Source of the DNA: Chrysomallon squamiferum
Lineage: Eukaryota > Animalia > Mollusca
Length of the DNA stretch: 64,000 nucleotides
Reading direction: 5' to 3'
Assembly (NCBI GenBank): GCA_012295275.1
Contig: CM022665.1
Location: 13,268,001-13,332,000, forward strand
Position 1 is the first letter of the stretch. Each line of letters begins with the position of its first letter. This document shows, one piece after another, positions 40,926-51,881 of the stretch. The notes beneath the pieces were generated by a model. The model was given only the letters and a program-made list of their open reading frames with translations. It was not told the origin of the DNA and did no database searches. The position numbers and the translations under genes are program-made.

Positions 40926-42974
40926 TATTTGTAATATGAAAGTAAGATATAAAAATAATTACAGACTATTTGAGCACTATCTTAATATAGCAATATTGTA
41001 AATTACCTATAGATCTGAAAATAAATCTGATCAATTCAAGTGGTAGGCCTGCCTTAATTTAATCTCAAAGCTATATATATATAAATAATAATAATAATAA
41101 TAAAACTAATAATTTAGTAATCTCTACATAGAAATATTTCTACAGAATAGATAAACCTTGGGATTTTAGTTACCAATAGTTTATTTTGTTAAGCTTACAC
41201 ATGCTAATACTAATCCTTTAAACAAAGTAAAATTATATTATCATGTGTGCTTTAGAGATAAATATTTATAGTTTATATTCCATTGTTTGAGAAAGGCAAT
41301 GGGTCTTAAAAAATAAGAGATATGAACTAACTTACTTTTTGTTGGAGACATTAACAAATGTGATTTAAACAAATTTAAAAATCACAATCATCTTACAATT
41401 AATTTCACTTTGTAATTTAACTGATTAAGTTTCACATTTTACAGAGGACAAACCTGGCAGGATTTTATTTTTTGAGTATGTAATATATACTAGTATCTAG
41501 TGGTTCATAACAAACATTTCATTAGATTTCATTTTATTTTCCCCCATTTTTAAATTATGGTTAATGACATCATTCTTCTGTGGTTTACACATAATATTTG
41601 ATTATGCTCAGTAACCTTCTTGGTAATTTTTAATAATAACATAATGGACCACTCATTCACTTGAGAACTGATTCAAGTGTATAACAGACAAATGTATATA
41701 CAGATAATATTACTGTCCATTACATGTAAAATGATAAATATGCATTACACTCAAAATGCATTGAACACAGTAAAGAATGTTTTAGATTTTTATACCTGGA
41801 CATCATTGTTCAGAATTATAATAAGTTAAATTGAAACTCAGAATAATAATAATATTATTAATAATAAATGAAAAGAAAAAAGGATGTTTATTTTATACAT
41901 TTGTGCAATTTTGTGCATGCCTGCATAATAGTAAACAGCAGAATACAAATTTAATAAGTTCAATGAATAGAAATAGTACCAGAAAAAATTTAACACAGAT
42001 AGAAGACAAACACAAAAGTATACTATAAAACAACATGCAATCAATGTAACTTACTTAAATGTACCCATATTGGTGTAAACAAAACCTATATGTATTTTGA
42101 ATACTTCAGTAGTTTTGGAGGGTTTTCTTTGTAACTCAAGACCAAACTTTGCTAATAATCAAGTATAAGAACAATATAATTTGAAGGCTGTCGTATTCAC
42201 TTTTCTTTTTATGTAATTATTAGAAATAAGTAATTTTCAAACAAAAGCAATTCTACCAAAACTGCTGCAAAATCCACATATGTTTTATGCTAACAGAACA
42301 ACTTTAACTGTATAATAATTTCAGATGCATTAGAAATGCATCAAATAATTATTTACAATCTGTGTCATACATACCATCTACACTGTAATCAGTCATAGCT
42401 GACTTGTAACAAAGCTGGTCTTACAACAGATGGGATCACAACACAATAGCACAATGACAATATACATTTGCAGGTGATATCAGGTGAATTACTTCTAAGG
42501 AAGACACCTGGAGGGAAAAAGCATGTTTCTACTAAATACAATATAGACATGAACAACATCAATGAATGGAATCTTTTATATACTACAAGAAACAATATAA
42601 CTGAATTACTAAACATTATGAAAATTATATATAACTAATACATAAATAAATAAATAAATAAATGTGGTAATGAAAATATTTTGTTTATTGTTGTTTTGGT
42701 GTTAATGACAAAACAATTTTATTATATTTACTTTGACTAAAACATTAAACAGAAATAAAGGCATTTTAATATATAATAATAATAAAAATAATAATAATAT
42801 TTCTGAACTTAATGTTTTTGTGATGAAACGTTATTTTTCTTAAGCATGAACATTTTATTACATGTATTCCTAGATTGTCATTATGATTATCATTAAGTAT
42901 CAACTGATAAACACGAATTCTAGCAAACATAACTGACGCCGACAATAAGCCACATAAAACAATAAGTCACTTAC

Positions 42975-42987
42975 GCTGCATTATCAT
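42975..42987 (-). CDS. SYT14: Probable distal first coding exon of SYT14 (MIMQ-)
   Basis: ATG ATA ATG CAG C|gtaagt; consensus donor, phase 1, gives MIMQLPIEAVAFL with the TM exon; lies beside the CpG-retaining region upstream of OPA3. Confidence 0.55.
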
Positions 42988-42999
42988 AACCTGCAATTA

Positions 43000-43550
43000 A
43001 TTATATCTTTGGAAAATTCATCTGCCACCATGTTTTTGTCATAGAAATGTCGGCAACTCATAATGCATAATTTATACATTCATTATCTCAAGTCAAGATC
43101 TTCCTTTGTCCAGTCGCAACTGACGGCTTATCAAAATAATTAAATGAAAATGTATATATCTTGAAACCATTATTTTAATTTATTACAAACATATCTTTAA
43201 GACATAAGACAAACAAAAAGAAAGAAAGAAAAATGAAGAAAGAAAAAGTTTTAATAGTGACAATGTCCAATCAATGTTTTCTTGTCCACTAAACAATCGT
43301 CTGCATAGATCGGAAGGGAAATAACTCCATTTTAGTTTATTTTCTTTCTTTTCATCACAACAGTTAGTGTTTTAATTAATGCAAATCAGTTATACAGTTC
43401 AAAATAGTGAATTTTATAAATTGTTTTAGTTAAGGAGTTACGTTTAAATAATCTGACTCTCATTTATTATTTGTGCATATATTTTACTTTGAACGCAATA
43501 GCTCAGGAAGATAACTCTCATTAGCAGACAAATATTCCCGGATGAGAAAA
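43000..43550. promoter_or_regulatory. Putative bidirectional promoter between SYT14 and OPA3
   Basis: Divergent starts about 560 bp apart, local CpG retention against a depleted background, ETS-like CGGAAG at 43311, repeated GGRARATAACTC motif. Confidence 0.55.
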
Positions 43551-43686
43551 ATGGTTGCGTTTCCTTTAGTGAAACTTGCATCTTTAGCTGTTAAACAGAT
43601 CAGTAAACCACTAGCACAAGTAATTAAAAACAAAGCGAAAAAACATCACTTTGTAAGAACATATATATGTATGCCACCGGCGCAAT
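43551..43686 (+). CDS. OPA3: OPA3-like mitochondrial protein, exon 1
   Basis: MVAFPLVKLASLAVKQISKPLA...RTYICMPPAQ is the OPA3 N-terminal signature; CAA T|gtaagt donor. An in-frame ATG at 43542 is an alternative start. Confidence 0.95.
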
Positions 43687-43985
43687 GTAAGTCATCGCAA
43701 AGATTAAAATTTTGTTTAATTTAAATACGTGAAGGTCACAAAATATCGGTTGATACTCAACACTATCTCATTATTTCAGAATTATTTATTAAACAGTTTA
43801 TTATGTCGTATATGGTAATAAAAGTAACAGAGAAAACGTGAAAAAACCCCATCAGAATTATATTGTCAACGTTTAGGTAACAAATTTTCATTTACATTAC
43901 CAATCCTGTTTAATAGCAATTCTAATATTTTACAATATAAAGTGAAAAATAATAATAAATCTGTAATCTGTAACATCTCTTTCAG

Positions 43986-44359
43986 TTTTCCATTGGCTTG
44001 AAGTGAATATCCGTTTACGATTGATGGGACTTGGCAAAGCACAGCATGTTGAAAAACTAAATGATGAAATGGCAATAGACCTGGGTGCAGAAATGTTGGG
44101 AGAGTTTGTTATATACAGCGTTGCTGCTATGACAATATACTTTGAGTATAGTCGATCAGCAGCAAAAGAACAGATAAAAGAAGAACGACAAAACCAAGAA
44201 ATATTAACATTGAAGGAGAGAATTAATGAGTTAGGTTTAACAACAGAGAGACAAGAAACACAACTACGTGAATTGGAAAGAATTATCAATGAACTTGAAT
44301 CCAAAAATAAAAGTCTTACAAATCGTATATTTGGATCAGGCAAAATGTCAGTTAAATAA
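43986..44359 (+). CDS. OPA3: OPA3-like mitochondrial protein, exon 2
   Basis: ttcag|TT TTC CAT TGG; FHWLEVNIRLRLMG...LNDEMAIDLGAEMLGE...EY followed by a coiled coil; TAA stop. Confidence 0.95.
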
Positions 44360-46629
44360 TTATTTACAAATAGTGTGCATGGGGGCTGTTTTGATGGGAG
44401 ATCTAGTATTTACCATTTTATATGTTTGTTGATAGAGAAAATTACAAAAAGTAATGATGAAATGATGTATGAAAATTATGCATGCTTTAAATAAGCAATA
44501 TAGTGGCCGTTTGTGCCTAAAATCATTACAGAATTTTTTTTTTATTTTTTTTTTTATGCAATTAGCCTAATGTGCATAGATATCAAAGATCCAGCTTTCC
44601 ATATCTTTAATGCTGAATATCAGCCATTTAAATGTTATTTAAACTCTCCTGATAGTGACTGATTGATATATTACATTAGTGGTTTTTTTAAAGTTTTAAC
44701 AAAAGAAACAATCATTTTGACATTAACTTTTACAGAACTGATCCAACAATCTTTTATAAATCAGTGTTGCTGATATTTCTGTAATGTGAGGATGGACGAA
44801 TTACCCGTACATACTACATAGTAATTCATGTATCCCAAGTGTTTGCTAAACGGTCTGTGGATGTTCTGTAGATTGTTGAAAATAGCCATAACCATGTCAT
44901 CATTCATTGTACTAGTGCCAGTGATACAAACCATCCAAAATGATTTATTATAAATACAGTGAAGAAAAAAAAAATTCACATTTGTTTCTTTGTGACACAC
45001 TCAGGAACAAAAGGCATTTGTTGTAAAATACATACAAAATACTTATGTAACTACTAGTACATCTGCATGACAGTCAGTTCATGCCAAAGCTGCATTGACA
45101 GTGTGAATATGTAACTTGATACCTCTCAAAGGCTGTTAATAAATTACTGCCTCCAGAATTTAATATTTTACTGTACTGAATTTTTTTTAATAATGTTGAA
45201 AATTGCAATTATTTGTTCGTTTTAGAACTTTCAGATCATTAAAATCAGACTTGTACCTTACCTGTAATTAATGGTGATGGTTCTGGAAGGTTGCATTTGA
45301 CTTTTTTTCCTGATTTGTTTCTGGCTTTTGCCAGTAAGAGTGAAAAGCATTCCTTCTATTAACGTACTAACTACATAATTAACATATTTAGAGACTAGAA
45401 AGGTTTATGGTTTTCATTAATATTAAAATGGAGAAACAAGGAAAATGGTTAAATCATGGTACCAAAGGATAAAATAACACAGAATATTTTTACTGTGTTA
45501 CTTAGACTTTGATGCAGTGTCTACGTAATCCAGGTTCTAACTTTAAATCCAGAAGAATCATTTATCTTTATATTACTTCAAGCACTTCATTGAGATATGT
45601 GTGTACCATTTCAGCATAATCAGTTGAATAGAGATTTTAATATGCAACTTGTGATTAATTTTTTGTTTTTTATTTGATAATCAGTTTGTGAAAAAATAAA
45701 AATGATAATAAAAGGATTGTGATCTGTTGAATTACAAGCTAATCATGTTGATTATGTGAAAAAAATCTATCACACTTTTTCTTGTTATCTGTGATTTTGT
45801 AGTTGAGAACAGCATACATCAAAATATAAAAAGATTTAATGAAGAAGTTACTTTGAAAGATCTGCGTTCACCGGTTGATTTTTTAGCAATGTATAGTAAA
45901 CTTTTGTAAGAGATATTTCATGTAGTGTAGACATAGATTACATGTGTAAAAGAATGCAGGTTGAGTCAGATATCTTATTTCTGTGAAATGAAAAATATTC
46001 AGAATAGTTTGTTTAGCACAGTCTAATACCAGATAATGTATTTCAGTTTTCAGTTGAAAAAAATATACAATACACAATTTTATATCTTTTTCAAAAACAT
46101 TTTATTTTAAACCTTGATGCTCATACTTTTTGAGAGTGACAGTAATGTGGATAATAAAAATATAAACAATACAGCACTTTTTATAAACTGAAAATATTTA
46201 TATTTTGATGGCCACAAAAAATACTTAGAATGCCAGTAAATCAGTACAAGAAAGTGAAAAACTTTCAAGTCCAGCATTTGTGTTAGCATTAAGCATCAAT
46301 GTACTTCTGTTGCCTAAATAACCATAATCATTTTTTTTTTTTAATGTTAAACACAACTACTAATTACTGGCAAAAATGTTTAAGAAGAACAATATGATAC
46401 ATATCAATTATTAAGATAACCTGTAAGCAACAATAGTTGATAATGATGACTTCAGATCCATGTTAACACTAGTCACTGCTCTGTAGCAGTTACCATAAAC
46501 ATAATCATCTTGATTTAGCTAAGAATAAATAATAGCTGAAGCTGCATATTACTAAACATGCATGGGGCAATAATTACTGAAATCAAAGACCCGTCACTAT
46601 CACAGTCTAGAAGAGATGTAACATAAATG

Positions 46630-47075
46630 CTACAAATCCTTTAAACTCTGAATTGCATTGGCACAAGATTTGATCAGATTACAAAGCTGGATGCTGTACT
46701 CCACACTCATGGATTTGTCCAGTTCATTAGTTGCCCAGTTGAGTTTTTTATTCAGAGTATCAACAGCATCATTATGGTTAGTCACAGATTGAGAGAGACT
46801 TGCATTTGTATTACATTCTATTCCATTACACAGTCTTGTATAATTATTAATTGGTCTCTGAGGTACACTGGCTGTCAAACTGGCTGTAGTAATGGGAGTT
46901 GTTTGAAAATGTTGGATGGTGGGTGGTCTTTGGTCACTTGATGCTGATGTGGGAGGTTTCGGGGCAGGTTCTTGAGGACTATCAGAAGCAGAAGACATGG
47001 GAGAAGCACCATCCTCTCTTAGCAAACCTAGCTCCCGTTCTCTCACCTGGGCAAGAGCTGCAGCTTCGTTAGTTA
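46630..47075 (-). CDS. ZNRD2: ZNRD2/SSSCA1 exon 4 (last)
   Basis: tttcag|TA ACT phase 1; ends KKLNWATNELDKSMSVEYSIQLCNLIKSCANAIQSL, the SSSCA1 C-terminal motif. Confidence 0.93.
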
Positions 47076-47336
47076 CTGAAAAATATTTGTAAAATTAAAT
47101 TTATCCTGAAAAGATTTAGTCAAGTCAAGGTTGTTTTTGCAGCAATCTGTTTAAATATGTATTCTGCAAGTATTACTGATTTAGTAGTTAGAGTGTCCTG
47201 AGTATAAATATTTTTAAAAGTATCCCAAGCATATATTATAAATAATAAAGAGAACAAATTTTGCAAATTTTAAAATATAAGTACAAAAATAAATAATGTG
47301 AACAGTTTGAAAAGTATAATTCATAATCATATTTAC

Positions 47337-47421
47337 ATGGATCATCTTTATCCACATCAGAATCCAATTCATTACAAGCAATGCAGTACATTGCTCCATT
47401 TCTGTCTTGAAGGAGGATTGT
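47337..47421 (-). CDS. ZNRD2: ZNRD2/SSSCA1 exon 3
   Basis: tttcag|ACA ATC; TILLQDRNGAMYCIACNELDSDVDKDDP; T|gtaaat donor. Confidence 0.93.
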
Positions 47422-47974
47422 CTGAAACAAGCAAAAAAGAAAGAAAAGAATTTATGATACAATTAATGTTGGTATCATATGACTTTTATATTACTAGTTA
47501 TTATTTCATATAGTTTGTAACAAGGAGAGGAAACATTGCTGAGGCAATATTATCTGTATTTTCCTCCAGACAGGTTGATATACGTGACTACTTTTTATGT
47601 GCCAGTCGTAATATAGTGGGTGAAAAAGGAAATAGAAAAGGCCCATCAAGAGTTTTGATCCAGCAATTAAGAGATTATAAAGAGTATGCTCCCCACACAA
47701 AAAGCAACATAACTTATTCTTATTAAACCTGAGATGATAAGGCATTTTGTAATGAAAAATGTAATTCTATTCATGAAGGTGCCACCCCAAAACCACTTTC
47801 TGATTTCAGAAGGGGTTCTGCTAAAATTTTTCTTTTATAACCAGACATTTTTCTATAGATCAGAACTATCAATTCTGCCCATCATTTCTCAGGCAAGTGC
47901 CGTATCTCTGAGCAATAGACTGCTAAAACGCTTATGATATTTATAATAAATAGGAGATTTGTATCAAAACATAC

Positions 47975-48126
47975 TCCACATTCACAAAGAGTAGACAACA
48001 TCTTGTATCCTTTCAAAAGGTAATCTCCCATCAGTTTGCTAATCTTGTCTGACCGATCACGTCGTGCTCTGATTAGTTTCATCTCGGCTTCTGATGGGGG
48101 TTGCCATTCATAGTCAGAAGTCTCAT
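47975..48126 (-). CDS. ZNRD2: ZNRD2/SSSCA1 exon 2
   Basis: tttcag|AT GAG; WQPPSEAEMKLIRARRDRSDKISKLMGDYLLKGYKML signature; GGA|gtatgt donor. Confidence 0.95.
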
Positions 48127-48931
48127 CTGAAACTAAGATAAAACAATTCATTATATTAAAGTATTTTATTTATCGTAATCCATTAGTTTCGTCTCTAAAA
48201 TTCATGCAAACATTTCATCTAGAAATAAATAAAAATATAACCTTTCTTTTATTATTGATAAAATAATAAATATATAATTTTATTCCTCTAAATGGAATAA
48301 TGTTTTAAGGCTGTTAGTATCTAACTTATTAAGCAACAAAAATGTCTAATCATCATGTTGACAATGAAATAATCTCATTTTTATGTATTTATTACTTAAG
48401 ATTATTACATTGGAATAATGAAACAATGCACCAAATGTGTGATGCATACTTTTTATGATAATAAATAAATAAATAAATAATATTTCAGGTCTGTTAACAG
48501 TAATACAGAGATAAAATCTTTCACTTAATACCACCATATTAGATGATATGTATATATATATTTTTTTTTTCTTCTTAGAAAACTTTTTATATGAATGAAT
48601 GATTGTTTAATGTCAACGTGCAAAAATACAAAAGAAAATAATAAAAATTAAAATAATGACAAAACAAATTGGCTAATGGGTGTCGTACTATGTTCACAAA
48701 TATTTTAGAATATTAACAGAATCAAAACCATATGGGTGGAAAAAAGGATAAACATTATCATTTTCATTACAGGACTAACTAATAATTGTAATATTTAATA
48801 CATCATCATAATAATTGTAACATGCTGATGTAACAAAGACATTGTTTATTGATTAACTAACATAACTTTGCTACTCATGCACTGTATATCTTAAACACAA
48901 CTTCAAGATGTTAATTCTTGATAATGTTGAC

Positions 48932-49678
48932 TTAAATTACAATCCCATGGTTGATCTCACCTTCTCCATCTTCTTTTTTAACAGTTTCATGGTGTGTTCC
49001 ATCACTGACACTTTCTTCGTAAGTTTCAGCTTCAGCCATTGTGACAGAGAATGTCTGGTGAGATGACTTTGCTGATTCATGCCAGTATCTATGTGAATTT
49101 GATGTATGTTTATGGCTTGATACATGAATAATTTGCGAAGAAAGTCTAGGAACAATTTGATTCCCAAAATGATTTATGTTCTCTAAACTGTTTGTATCTG
49201 AAACAATTTCAGTTTTGACTGTACTTACATCTGAAATGTAAGAACTATTCAAGTTTGAAACACTGTGAGTTAAAGGTTTCCTTCGCTTTCCAATTTCAAT
49301 GTCATTAAGATATTTACGTCTGTTTTGAAGCATTCTTCCCAGTCGGACTCTCAGTTCATTCCGTCTGCCTGCTATGTGTGGGGCATAAGCTGCTATGTAA
49401 GAAAAGAATTTCTCTTGTTTAACTGGTTCAATTTCAGAAAGAAGTGGAGCACTGTTCCATATTTTTGCATACACTGCAGCATCACGTAGAAGAGACTGAC
49501 AAAGCCTATGAGCCTCAGAAGATTTGGTTTTTCCTTTTTTGCATGAAAGAAGTTCTTCAGGTGTGTGTTTGAGAAACTGTGATGTATCACTTGAAAACAC
49601 AGAAGTTGTTGATGATTTTTTTGCTTCAGAAAGATAGAATTTATGTGCCAAGTATGGTCTGTAATTTTTATTTGACAT
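48932..49678 (-). CDS. Intronless 248-aa uncharacterised protein nested in ZNRD2 intron 1
   Basis: Longest ORF in the window, no stops in very AT-rich DNA, aaaacATG context, basic helical-looking core ending LQNRRKY...GKRRKP, AATAAA about 80 nt after the stop (48845-48850). Confidence 0.8.
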   Translation of the reverse strand: MSNKNYRPYLAHKFYLSEAKKSSTTSVFSSDTSQFLKHTPEELLSCKKGKTKSSEAHRLCQSLLRDAAVYAKIWNSAPLLSEIEPVKQEKFFSYIAAYAPHIAGRRNELRVRLGRMLQNRRKYLNDIEIGKRRKPLTHSVSNLNSSYISDVSTVKTEIVSDTNSLENINHFGNQIVPRLSSQIIHVSSHKHTSNSHRYWHESAKSSHQTFSVTMAEAETYEESVSDGTHHETVKKEDGEGEINHGIVI

Positions 49679-50571
49679 GTTTTAAGGTGGAGTGGTGAAA
49701 TTAACCACAGTATAAAAATTAAGAAGAATTATCATCTGTCAGTTGTGTCAAAAGTACAATGAATAAAAGTACTTGAATTACTTAAATTATGATTTAACAG
49801 ATTTTTTTTAATGTGAAGTATTATTTGCACAGTGAATTTATATTATCAGTTCAATAGTTGATCTTGCTCAAAAAATATATAACTTTTATAAGTAGATACA
49901 TGAACTCAGAATGAATCTGAAAGAAACAAAAATAAAAACTGAATACTCACTGTAGCACTTAAAAATGTATGACGTACTGTAACAATAATTTTTATATGTA
50001 TATAACTGAATGTCAGCTATACTCTATACTATAATACTACAATAGCCTGAAAAGAACTTAAAAATCAGTGGCATAAAATGATAAATCCTATAATTCTAAT
50101 TACGAAATTTAAGTCTTTTCTTTCGTATTTGTACTAATTACACTGTTTACAGATCTAATTTTATATAAAAATACAAACAATAATTTCGAACTATCAAATA
50201 GTATCAAAACGTTTTATTATTTTTGTCTAATAGTAATATTTTATGTTTTGCTACATTCACAGTGTGACTGTCACAGTGTCAGTATCGCTGATATTCGAGA
50301 TTATTTTCAGTGGTATCATATCCGCCCGCACCCGTCCTAAAAAATGTTTTTTGATTCTTTTTTTAAAACATTTTATACACACTAAAAAGTAATTGGTTAA
50401 ATAAAGCAAATAGAAGCAAACAATTGAATTCTTCAACATTTCAAGCGATAATAGTATTAATACGTAGGTCTACATAAAAATAATAATAAAAAAATCCCTA
50501 TTTATATAGGGATATAGGGGGTGCGGGGGAAAATCTTTTCTGTAAAATAATAAATCAAAAGTAAAGATTAC

Positions 50572-50593
50572 CAATACTCAATTCTGTCTGCAT
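50572..50593 (-). CDS. ZNRD2: ZNRD2/SSSCA1 exon 1 coding part (MQTELSI-)
   Basis: aaaaATG CAG ACA GAA TTG AGT ATT G|gtaatc, phase 1 matching the 48126 acceptor; sits in a CpG-retaining region. Confidence 0.65.
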
Positions 50594-50599
50594 TTTTGT

Positions 50600-50780
50600 T
50601 TCAAAAATCTTAATTAACACTGAAACAATAATGCGTGTCGACAAAATCTTCACTTCCGTCTGTTTGATTTTTTTTTTTCTTTTTCTTTTCATTTAGACCT
50701 ATATTTCCGGAGAACCGATTTTCATAAACTACATATAATTAAGGTAGCCGATGTAACGTCTTTGATTTAATCGTGAAATA
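50600..50780 (-). promoter_or_regulatory. Putative ZNRD2 promoter
   Basis: CpG cluster with ETS-type ACTTCCG (50652) and TTTCCGG (50704) motifs just upstream of exon 1. Confidence 0.5.
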
Positions 50781-51303
50781 AAATAAATAATGGACCTGTA
50801 AATTGATTAAAGTCCTAAAACATCTCCAGTACATGTCAGTAAAAACAATGTAAAACTACTCAGTCTATAGTTATTATTATTATAATCATAATCATAATGT
50901 CGATAAAGATTTTCATTTTAAGTTATAAAGTGTTTGTATTAACATTAAACAGATTTAATGTCTGATTCATGTCTTAAAATCTCTCAAAGTATTTTAAAAC
51001 AGTGTTGGAATATAAATGCGTCATTGCATATAGGTACATTAATACTTAAGGGTAGGAAATAATAAGTAAAAAAAATATATATATATCTATATCTATATAT
51101 AAATTGGTATGTTGAGAAAATATTTGAAATTAATGTTACTTAATATTTTTAGGTTTTATTAGTATTATTTATTAGCAGCCTATCACCTTTTAAAAATAGA
51201 AAGTGGCTGTTCTTATGAATAAAAGGTATTGAAATGAATAGAACTATTGTTTAAATAATTTGGATTTTAACCAATTTGTTATTTCAGTATAAAGATATAT
51301 ATA

Positions 51304-51881
51304 CAGGGTATCCCAAAAGTAACCGAACTGCAAACTTAAATAAAATTAGATATTAAAAACAACAAATTTAATCTGTATGTTTAGTATGTACAAATATTCA
51401 AATGCAGCTGCCACTAAATCCTTGTTTTCAGGTGAACGAACTGTTTCTGGATGACCTTTTTTAGGAGCACTTGACACACTTCCAGTTACTTCAAATTTGG
51501 ATACAAGATTGAACATTGTTGATTTACTCGGTACAGGTGTTCTAAAGTTTACTTCCCATCTTTCTTCAACATGCTTGTAGCTAGTCATTGCATAGTAATT
51601 CTTAATAACGAAGATATGTTTATTTAAATCTAAAGTTCTTCACTGCATTTTTAAGAGTGAGGGTACCATTTCAAGTCAAGCCATGGAGAGTCCAGTAGCA
51701 CTTGCTAAAACAGAAGTCTCAATCACGAAGAACAAAAATCATTCCAAAGACTACCACTGACAGAAGTAAATGAATAGTACAAAAGATAACGTAAAATGAC
51801 GTAAAAGATGGAATTAAATTTGTTATTTTTAATATCTAATTTTATTTAAATTTGCAGTTTGGTTACTTTTGGGACACCCTG
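51304..51881 (-). mobile_element. Internally deleted mariner-type element, 578 bp, with 69-bp TIRs
   Basis: TA flanks; TIRs 51304-51372 and 51813-51881 differ at 4 positions; HTH remnant PVPSKSTMFNLVSKFEVTGSVSSAPKKGHPETVRSPEN (DUF4817-like). Confidence 0.92.

Noticed and set aside
44761-45000. 79-aa minus ORF in the OPA3 3' region
   Set aside because: GTG start, no recognisable motif, no convincing splice sites.
48932-48945. Nested ORF spliced in frame to ZNRD2 exon 2 as a fusion
   Set aside because: The donor-like ATT|gtaatt is phase 0 while the exon 2 acceptor needs phase 1.
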